A DNA stretch of 32,000 nucleotides, taken from assembly GCF_019464535.1 (NCBI RefSeq), contig NZ_CP080507.1, positions 3,060,001 to 3,092,000 on the forward strand, given 5' to 3'. This stretch comes from Horticoccus luteus. GTDB lineage: Bacteria; Verrucomicrobiota; Verrucomicrobiia; Opitutales; Opitutaceae. The notes under the pieces were generated by a model that saw only the letters and a program-made list of their open reading frames with translations, was not told the DNA's origin and made no database searches. Below, one piece after another: positions 12,016 through 19,800 of this stretch. The stretch's first letter is position 1, and each line of letters starts with the position of its first letter. A program made the translations under genes and the position numbers.

Positions 12016-15000
12016 CTACGGGTCGGCGTCGTAAATTTCCACTAATGCGACTCCACTGCCGCCGTCACTTCCGCTCACGATTGCCGTATAGGCACCGGAG
12101 GGCAGGTTGCCGAGCCAAGCAGCATCCCGCGACCCGGACGTCAGGGCAAAGGCGCCGAGGCGTGCGCCAGCACTGGCAATCAGTGAGCCGTTGCCACCGT
12201 TGTCCCAGTCGTCGTTTTCGGCGACCAGCCGATCTCCCTGCATGACCCGCAGGCGCGGATCACCCAGGACTCCGGTCAAGCCAAACTGCTCCAGAGCCGG
12301 GCCGACCGCGCGTATCATTATCCGCTTAGGTCCGCCGGTAATGACAAAGCCACCGATCAGCACATTGTCGCGGTTTCCCACCAGGGCTCGGGAAGAAACA
12401 TTGAGCAACCGGTTATTGCCTTCCCACGTGCGGTAGAGTTCCGCGAGAGCTACCGCCGACGCTCCGGCTTGCACGTGTGCGGTGAACGCGCCCGCGGGGA
12501 GTCGCGGCTGCATGGCCGCATCGTGACTACCCGGATCAAGCGCAAAAGCACCAAGCTCAGACGACAGAGCCGCGATCCCCGGACCATCGTCCTGCCACTC
12601 ATCATTCGTTGCGATCAAGTCGCTTCCCCTAAACAGAAGCAGTCGCGGGTCGTTCACAACCCTTGTAACTCCGAAACGCTGCAACGAAGGGCCGACTCCT
12701 CGTACCAAAGTTCGCATGGTCTCCATTTCCGGCCGGAGCACAAAGCCAACGATCAGCGTCTCCTGGCCTTGTGCGGCGAGGCCGCGGGTCGACAGGTTGG
12801 CGAGCGAGCCGGGAGTCGCCCGCTGTGCAGGGTAGTAAGCGAGGGTCTGTGTATTCAGCGTTGGTGAGCCCGCCAGAATGATACCGAGAGCTACCATACC
12901 GGTCGGCTGTTTGAGCAAAACTCCTCCGGCGGAATTCCAGTCGCTGTGCCACGGACGCGGATTGAACGAGGGATCCCAAGCGCCGTCCGGAAACAGGCGG
13001 ACCGCGCCACGTCGGGCAGTGCCGTCAACTTGGTCGAAGCCGCCTTGCGCCCAGAGAGCCCCGTCGGCCTCCATCTGCACATCAGTGATCCCAGTCGCGT
13101 ATCCTGAAGAGCGAAATTTGGGCGGAGTGAAGGTTTCGTCACGGCGACCGTCGGGCCAGAATCGTTCAATGCCCGGCGCCTCCGGGCTACGTATCACCAC
13201 CCTTCCGTCCGGCAGTCTCACGCCCAGCGTATTAGTCGATCCAGTCACCGGCAGGATGACCGAGTCTACGAAGCGGCCATCCGAATCAAAGTGTTCCAGC
13301 GCGACAGGTGGCGTGTGGGTCAGCGGCTGGCTGACCAATCGGTAGATCGATCCATCGGCCGCCACTATAAACGAGTAAGGACGACCGTCCGCAAACCGTG
13401 CATCCGGCGCAAACGAAGGATCCGGCAGGCCCTCTAGCGTGACCGCGGTGAGTTCCGGCTTCGACGTGGTCGTGCGTTGCACCGCCATCAACATACGATT
13501 CGGTGGCTGCCACTGCAGATCATACGCTTGTGCCCAGGCCGCCAGGGCGTCGTCGTGAAACGTCACCTCGCCGGAGGTCATCACGTGCATGAGGGTGAAC
13601 CGGAACGGCACGTCGATGGACTGCTGGTAAGACGCGAGGACCCAGAACGTGCCGTCGCCCATGGTGACGGCAGCGATCGTGCGCAACTCATAGAACGTCG
13701 CCGGTGAAGTGGCAAAGCTGGAATCCACCGTCCCATCCGCGCGGTAGCGCAGGATCCGCCGATCGCATGCGACCACCAAGCTGCCATCCGGTCCGGGACC
13801 TACTACGAACGGCGCCACCGTTGGGCTGAGGCTGCGTTCCACTTGGACGGTAATGCCGAACGGGTCTACCGATTGCGGCATAATCTGCAGATCAGCCGCC
13901 TCACTCGTCACCGAACCGCCGGCATTGCTCACCGTGGCCCGATAGCTGCCAGTGTCCGCGGTGGTCGCCTGAGCGATGCCCAAATCGGCGCGAGTTTCGC
14001 CCGGAACCGGTGCACCGTCCTTACTCCACGCATACCGGAGGGGCGGAGTGCCCCACGCCTTGACGGATAGCCTCACGGAGTTACCTGCGACCGTGCCTTG
14101 AGCTTGCGGCTGTTGCAGCAGAACCGGCGCCTCCGCCGAGCTGCGCAGGCGGGCCAGGTTGCGCCTCGCGAGGCCACCGACACTGGAAAACTCGCCCGCG
14201 ATCACAATCGAACCGTCCGGCGCAAACGCCATCGCATTTACGGAGGGGTAGCCTCTGTCGCTCGCCATACCGCCCACATCGAAGGTGGGATCGAACTTGA
14301 ACGAAGGGTCCAACCGGGCGACTCCGGCCTGATTGTAGAGTTTGGAAGGATCGTAGTAACCGTCGATCACTACGTTCGTGAAAACGCCGCCTGCCAGCAC
14401 CCGTCCGTCCGCATACGCTAGGATGCACTCGATACTCCCCGGATTGGACAAGCCAACTCCCGAGCAGTATGTCTTGAAGCGGTTCAAGTTGATTCTCTTC
14501 GAGGAATCAGACGTGGTCAGACCATCACCCCAGCTTTTCGCATCGCTCGAATCGGTTCCGAGCATGAGTTTGCCGTTGGGCAGCAGCACGAGCGCGTTGT
14601 AAACGGACGCGGGCGACCGAGCATACGACGTGTTGTCCAGAAGTTGTCCGTCCGGTCCTAACGTCGCGAAAATGGCCTCGTCGTCGTAGAACGTCGAGGG
14701 CGTCAGTTGCGTGCCGGCGATATGCAGCCGTTTGTCCTGGGGCAGGATAGCCGTGATCAGATTGGCAAAGTCTCGCGTCACGTAGGTCGTGATCGGCAGC
14801 GGGCGGTTCCCCGCGTCGAAGGTAAGGTCGAGACTGCCGCCAGGGGTCAGCCGCGCCAGCGACTGGCGGGCGCCGCCGCCGATCTGGCTAAACAGACCGC
14901 CGACGTAAAGCTGCCCGTCAGTCGCGAGAGCGATTGCGGCGACGATGGCATCGGCCGGTAGTTGTGCATTGAACGATGGGTCGACCGACCCATCCGGCCG

Positions 15001-15375
15001 CACCCGGGCGAGCGCGTTGATCGGCCGCCCATTCACCGTCGTGAAACGACCAGCAACGAGAATGTCCCCGTTCGCGAACTGAAGCAGCCGAAGGACCCCG
15101 CCGCTCGCACCCGAATATCCGATGCTCACGTTGAAAGAGGGGTCCATCGTCCCATCCGGCAGCACGCGAGACAGTCGCGCAGGCTGCCCCGTCGCGAACG
15201 TGCCAACGATCATCCGACCTGACTCGTCGATGACGAGTGCGGGTATCGGGTCAGCGGTTGGGAGGTTGGGCGCGAAGGAGGAATCCACGCTCCCGTCCTG
15301 CGCTAAGGATCTAAGGACGCATAATCCGTAACAAAGGCAGCCAACCCATAGCGGCCGAACCGTGCGGAGACACAT
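12016..15375 (-). CDS. Secreted delta-60-repeat (DUF5122-type beta-propeller) protein with a central Ig-like domain and two tandem C-terminal ~125-aa domains
   Basis: 1119 aa. The N-terminal signal-like peptide is MCLRTVRPLWVGCLCYGLCVLRSLA. Recurrent DG(S/T)xDxSF motifs (DGSVDSSF, DGTMDPSF, DGSVDPSF, GGSLDLTF, DGTVDSSF, DGAWDPSF) have the spacing of delta-60 repeats. An I-set-like Ig domain spans aa 417-498 (LRYAWSKDG...TGSYRATVSN; nt 13882-14127). Two homologous C-terminal modules span aa 857-981 and 989-1116 (LxNxSxR...GFV...GP(S/A)Lxx(F)G...DPRL...NDxW...GAFAL...DAA...G(A)(F/Y)TA). Confidence 0.9.
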   Translation of the reverse strand: MCLRTVRPLWVGCLCYGLCVLRSLAQDGSVDSSFAPNLPTADPIPALVIDESGRMIVGTFATGQPARLSRVLPDGTMDPSFNVSIGYSGASGGVLRLLQFANGDILVAGRFTTVNGRPINALARVRPDGSVDPSFNAQLPADAIVAAIALATDGQLYVGGLFSQIGGGARQSLARLTPGGSLDLTFDAGNRPLPITTYVTRDFANLITAILPQDKRLHIAGTQLTPSTFYDDEAIFATLGPDGQLLDNTSYARSPASVYNALVLLPNGKLMLGTDSSDAKSWGDGLTTSDSSKRINLNRFKTYCSGVGLSNPGSIECILAYADGRVLAGGVFTNVVIDGYYDPSKLYNQAGVARLDPSFKFDPTFDVGGMASDRGYPSVNAMAFAPDGSIVIAGEFSSVGGLARRNLARLRSSAEAPVLLQQPQAQGTVAGNSVRLSVKAWGTPPLRYAWSKDGAPVPGETRADLGIAQATTADTGSYRATVSNAGGSVTSEAADLQIMPQSVDPFGITVQVERSLSPTVAPFVVGPGPDGSLVVACDRRILRYRADGTVDSSFATSPATFYELRTIAAVTMGDGTFWVLASYQQSIDVPFRFTLMHVMTSGEVTFHDDALAAWAQAYDLQWQPPNRMLMAVQRTTTSKPELTAVTLEGLPDPSFAPDARFADGRPYSFIVAADGSIYRLVSQPLTHTPPVALEHFDSDGRFVDSVILPVTGSTNTLGVRLPDGRVVIRSPEAPGIERFWPDGRRDETFTPPKFRSSGYATGITDVQMEADGALWAQGGFDQVDGTARRGAVRLFPDGAWDPSFNPRPWHSDWNSAGGVLLKQPTGMVALGIILAGSPTLNTQTLAYYPAQRATPGSLANLSTRGLAAQGQETLIVGFVLRPEMETMRTLVRGVGPSLQRFGVTRVVNDPRLLLFRGSDLIATNDEWQDDGPGIAALSSELGAFALDPGSHDAAMQPRLPAGAFTAHVQAGASAVALAELYRTWEGNNRLLNVSSRALVGNRDNVLIGGFVITGGPKRIMIRAVGPALEQFGLTGVLGDPRLRVMQGDRLVAENDDWDNGGNGSLIASAGARLGAFALTSGSRDAAWLGNLPSGAYTAIVSGSDGGSGVALVEIYDADP

Positions 15376-15735
15376 GCTGCCATCTTGCAGCCCAAGGCAT
15401 TCGCTTCAACCCCTGAGATACAGTGAAGGGTGTAGCGCTTGGGAATCGTGGAAGTCACGGAACCGAAAGTCCGCCGGTCGGGATGGTCCACTCCTCTCTT
15501 TCCGCGGGCGGCATGAAGAACAGACCGTTGACCATGGATAACCGTAAGATTTCAGACGGCTTCGGCCATCGGCTCGCAAAACTGGCTTTCGTCGGGCATC
15601 CCGATGTCCGACAGCGCACCGCGATTATCTACGCGTTCGCCGTCTCCTTCCAGCGCACGAAAACGTGAATTTGAAGATCGCGTGGAGTTGGATGCTGCTC
15701 CGTCAAACGGAGCTTAATTGGAAAGCACCGCATGA

Positions 15736-15795
15736 CTTTGAATTCTTGTCACCTCCCCTCTGACCTTGGTGTCACGGAATTAATGTCACCATACA
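15736..15795 (-). repeat. Right-end copies of the 16-bp motif, in inverted orientation relative to 11591-11668
   Basis: On the minus strand: TGACATTAATTCCGTG (15773-15788, perfect), TGACAAGAATTCAAAG (15736-15751, with GGTGACA..AATTC conserved) and a weak TGACACCAAGGTCAGA (15759-15774). Confidence 0.75.
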
Positions 15796-15850
15796 TTAAC
15801 GAAGAAGAAGAACGCGCAGACCGAAACGTTTTCGCTTCGCTTTTCCTACC

Positions 15851-15878
15851 CGCCCGGCCCACGAGCCGGGCGTTTTTT
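15851..15878 (+). terminator. Rho-independent terminator with no + strand gene in front of it (candidate displaced rng terminator)
   Basis: CGCCCGGC (15851-15858), loop CCACGA and GCCGGGCG (15865-15872) form a perfect 8-bp GC stem, followed by T6 (15873-15878). Confidence 0.75.
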
Positions 15879-15980
15879 GTGTCGCGGGGCGCCCGCCGGC
15901 TCGTCGCCACGGATGCCTTCTCTCGGCCTTGGCCGGTCGACCGCCTGTGACGACCGCGCTCAAACCGACGACACTCGGTC

Positions 15981-16012
15981 ACAAAAAAGCCGTGGCGCCA
16001 TGGCCACGGCTT
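15981..16012 (-). terminator. Rho-independent terminator of the PEP-CTERM gene
   Basis: On the minus strand, AAGCCGTGGC, a 6-nt loop and GCCACGGCTT form a 10-bp stem followed by TTTTGTG (the U-tract overlaps the stem's closing TT). It lies 24 nt after the stop at 16036. Confidence 0.8.
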
Positions 16013-16035
16013 CGCCGAAAGGATCTTCTGCAACC

Positions 16036-16650
16036 TCAGCTTTGCGCGACCGCGCGCCGCCGACGGCGCACAACGACCGCCCCCAGCGCCACCGCTCCCA
16101 GCAGCGCAGCATACGAGCTCGGCTCAGGAATCGGCGACGCATTCACCGCCCCGTAAACCCCGGAATAGATCGGCGAGGTCGGCGCACCAACATAATAGGC
16201 GTAAAAAGGGTATCCGGTGGGAGACACCGCAAAGAAATCACTCGTGCCATGGATGAACTCCGCCGAGCCCTGGGAAATACCGTTCGGGGCGGCGGCGAAT
16301 TGAAACGTCGAACCGATGATCACGATCTGCAGGCCGACGGCACTCGCGTTGGTCGTCATATCAGCCTCGGTAAAATTGACGCCGCCGTTAAAGGAAAACG
16401 AAAGCGTTAACCCATCGAAGCTCGTGAAATCATAGGATCCGTCGCCTAACGGCGCCCCAATGTAAGTCATCGTGCCGACCCCGACGATGCTGTTGGTGTC
16501 GAGCACGCCCGACATGCCAAGGCCGGAGTTGTCGAATAGCGACTCCAGGGTTTGAATCGGGGCACCAGGGGCGGGCGACGCGAAGGCCGGCGTTTGCGAA
16601 AAAATGACCGCGGCTCCAACGCCGAGAAGGATGGTTTTAATTGAGTTCAA
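16036..16650 (-). CDS. Small PEP-CTERM-anchored secreted protein
   Basis: The C-terminus SPIPEPSSYAALLGAVALGAVVVRRRRR is a PEP motif plus TM helix plus Arg cluster. The signal-like N-terminus LNSIKTILLGVGAAVIFSQTPAFA starts at TTG 16650, so the start is uncertain. The track ORF extends to 16824, but that extension is Arg-rich and looks non-coding. Confidence 0.8.
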   Translation of the reverse strand: MNSIKTILLGVGAAVIFSQTPAFASPAPGAPIQTLESLFDNSGLGMSGVLDTNSIVGVGTMTYIGAPLGDGSYDFTSFDGLTLSFSFNGGVNFTEADMTTNASAVGLQIVIIGSTFQFAAAPNGISQGSAEFIHGTSDFFAVSPTGYPFYAYYVGAPTSPIYSGVYGAVNASPIPEPSSYAALLGAVALGAVVVRRRRRAVAQS

Positions 16651-16770
16651 GCGCCCGAAATATCCACCGAGGCCGCGGGGGTTTGGCGATAGCAAAAAAA
16701 TGTAAAGTCGACGACAGCTCACCCTGCGTCCGCCGGCTTGGCGCAAAGCGCGAGCCGGTGCTTTCCCGAG

Positions 16771-16848
16771 GGAATTTCGCGCTGCTTTTAGCCCGCGTGT
16801 AATTTTCCGACGGGCTTTCCGCAATTGGCTGCAACGGCGCCACTCCCG
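16771..16848 (+). promoter_or_regulatory. Conserved upstream module, copy A (candidate promoter/5' leader of the 16863 gene)
   Basis: GGAATTTC (16771-16778), TGTAATTTTCCGACGGGCTTTCCGCAATTGG (16798-16828) and CACTCCCG (16841-16848). The 31-mer matches 20492-20522 at 24/31 without gaps. Confidence 0.45.
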
Positions 16849-16862
16849 GCGTCGCTCTCCCC

Positions 16863-19800
16863 ATGAAATCAGCCTCCTCCCTTCATCGCTTAAGCGCCTT
16901 CCTGTTCCGCGCGGCCCTCCCGCTTGCGCTCGCCTTCAGCGCGCCTGCCCTTTGCGCGGGCACGCCCTCACCCATCACGATCTCGCCGCCGACGATCGCT
17001 CCGCTCCAGACACTCAATCCTTATGCGCAAGCGTTCACCGCCACCGGCGGAGCGGCGCCCTACACCTGGAGCACGCCCATTGTCGCACTGCCCGCCGGAC
17101 TCGCGCTCAACTCCACTACCGGCCTAATCAGCGGCACGCCCACCAAAGCCGGCAGCGCGGTCATTTTCATCCGCGTGACCGACGTCAACGGTCTCTCCAC
17201 GCAACGCGGATGGAATGTCGCCATCGCCGTTGGCGCGCCGCCTGTCGTTTCCAATCCGCCGCCCGACAATGCCGGACCGCCGCCACCTTCCTCCTCCGCC
17301 TCCACGCCGCTCGCCATCACGCCGACGACATTGCCCGCCGGCACCGTGGGCTTGGGGTATTCCTACATCCTCAATGCCACCGGCGGCACACCGCCTTACA
17401 CCTGGAATCTTCAATCCGGCAGCTTCCCAACCGGCCTCGCCCTCGACGCCGCCGGGCACATCGGCGGCACCCCGGCCAGCGGCGGCGCGTGGATTTATTC
17501 TTATCCCTATTCGGTCTATATCAACGTCACCGATTCCACCGGTCACAAAGCCGCCGCCTCATTTCCAATCGCGCTGCAGCCGTCCCCTGATGGCTCCGGC
17601 GAAGGCGGCTCCACGCCGCCGCCCGTCGTCACGCCGCCGTCCGCCACCTATACGGTGACCGTCGTCAACGGCACCGCGAACGGCACGGCGACCGCCACGG
17701 TTTCCGCCGGCAACACCGTCTCCTTGGCCGCCGCGCCTGCGCCCGCCGGCCAGTATTTCAAACAATGGAGCGGCCCCGCCTCCGCCGATCCCTTCGCGGC
17801 CACCACGACGTTCGTCATGCCGGCGGCGAACGTCACCTTCACCGCGAATTACTATACCCCTCCGCCTCTCCCCGCGGTCGTCGCCGGCCACCCACGGCTC
17901 TGGCTCAATCAATCCGATCTCCCGCGCCTCCGCTCCTGGGCCACGCCGTCCAACACCCTCTATCAACAAGGCCTGCGATCCATGCTCTCGCTCGCCCTGC
18001 ACGCCTACGACCTTTGTTTTCCCAACGCCCAGCTCGCCAGCCCATATCCCGATTCGGGCGATATCAACGGCTACTCCGGCGCCAATATCACGCCGAGCGA
18101 CATGATCAGCGAACAACACGCACTCACCCTCGCGTTCTTCGGCCTCGTCGATCCCGACCCGGCCGCGCGCCTCGTTTACGCGCAAAAAGCCCGTGCCCTG
18201 TTCATGTATGTCATCAACGAAGCCGCGAAAGGCCACCTCAAGGGCGCACCCTTCCGCGATCCCATCTTCTCCATCTACAATCGCGGCAACTCCAGTGGCG
18301 AATGCTGGCCGCTCCTCGCCGACTGGCTCCAGGGCGTCACCGATGCCAACGGCCAGCCCGTCGCCATCCTCACTCCCCAGGACAAAGCCACCATTCGCAG
18401 CGTTTTCCTCCTCTGGGCCGACGACTGCCTCAACGCCTATACAACCGGCGGCGATCACCCCGCGCCCATCGGCGTCACGAATAACGTCGCGCTCCTTCCG
18501 GGCGGCAACGCCATGCGCATCGCGGCCAACAACTACTATCTCAACCACGCCCGCCTCATCACCATGATGCCGCTCGCACTCGATGCCGCGGATGATCCCG
18601 CGGTAGACTCCGCGGTCCCCGCCTCGGTCCGCGGCAACACCCTGCGCAGTTACCTCCTCAACGCCACCGGCGCCTGGCTCTATCAACAATTCGCGATGTT
18701 CGGCGATCCCGCCGACGTGCGCGCCGCCTATCAACTCCCCGCCTCCGCCAGCGTCGGCCTCGCCTCGGGCGGCACCGCCGTCGAAGGCGGCCTCTACGGA
18801 CACTCCATCGGCTATATACAAGGCCAGCTCCTCGCGCTGCAAACCGCCGGCGCCACCGATCCCGCCGTGTTCGGTCCGCAGATCAGTCTTCTCAACTCCC
18901 CCGTGTGGGATCGCTATGTGCACGGCTTGTTCGCCACCATGGTGCCCCAGCAACAGGTCAATCCCGTGCAAAGTTATCTCGGGCCGATTTATGAAATCGC
19001 CAGCATCGGCGACCTCATCCGGCTCTGGGTGACGCCCGACGTCATGACGACCTATTCCCTGCTCGCCCTCACGGAACAGAAGCAGGGCCGCACCGATCAC
19101 CTCGCCGCCGCCCGTTGGATCGCGCTCAACGCCGTCGAAGGCGGCAGCGCCGGCCTGCTCAACCGCATTCAGCGGCCCTACAACACCATCGAGTCCATTC
19201 TCTATTTCATGCTCTTCGATCCCACGGATCCGACCGCCCTCCATCCGGCCGACCCGCGGCTCGCCTACGGCGCGAATTTCTACGACCCCGGCATGGGCCG
19301 CCTGCTCGCGCGCACCGACTGGTCGCCCAACGCCACGCTCTTCGATTTCCGCAGCGGCTGGCTCTCCATTAACCATCAGAATTGCGACGGCGGCCAAATC
19401 GAGTTCTACCGCCACGGCGAATGGCTCACCAAGGAGCTCTCCAACTACGACAACTACGGCAACGGCCAGTCCACCATCTGGCATAATACCCTCGCGCTGC
19501 AAAACTGGTCCTCCTCCGCGACGCCGTTCATGCAATGGTTCGAACAGCCCTACTGGAACAACGGCTCGCAATGGAACAACCACCAGTCCGCCGGCGATCC
19601 CGTCACCCTCGCCAGCAGTGGCCCAGGCTACGCCGCCGCGCAGACCGACCTCACGAATCTCTATAATCACCCGTCGTCCAATCCAGCCGGCAACTTCACC
19701 GACATCCAGCACGCCAGCCGCTCGGTCGTCTGGCTTCAGCCCGATTGCATCGTGATCTACGACCGCGCCACGTCGTTGCACGCCGGCCTGTTCAAACGCT

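Larger units (their letters stand above)
11584..15795. mobile_element. Putative non-autonomous TIR-bounded cassette: 23-bp perfect terminal inverted repeats, TAAC(G) flanking direct repeat, one passenger gene, no transposase
   Basis: TGTATGGTGACATTAATTCCGTG (11584-11606) equals the reverse complement of 15773-15795 (23/23). TAACG abuts the left end at 11579-11583 and recurs at 15797-15801, 1 nt beyond the right end. The termini are 5'-TGT...ACA-3'. Subterminal 16-bp repeats face inward at both ends. A + strand terminator just outside the right end (15851-15878) fits as the original rng terminator. Boundaries are uncertain by about 1 nt. Confidence 0.5.

Noticed and set aside
11584-15795. Interpretation of the 23-bp inverted repeats as crossover sites of an invertible (phase-variable) 4.2-kb segment
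   Set aside because: This is not excluded but is less parsimonious. The TAAC(G) flanking direct repeat, the subterminal repeat arrays and the displaced terminator favour an insertion. No invertase is present in the window. Mixed-orientation reads in raw sequencing data would revive this idea.
15732-15950. 72-aa + strand ORF
   Set aside because: It runs through the terminal inverted repeat and straight through the 15851-15878 terminator hairpin. It has no family resemblance.
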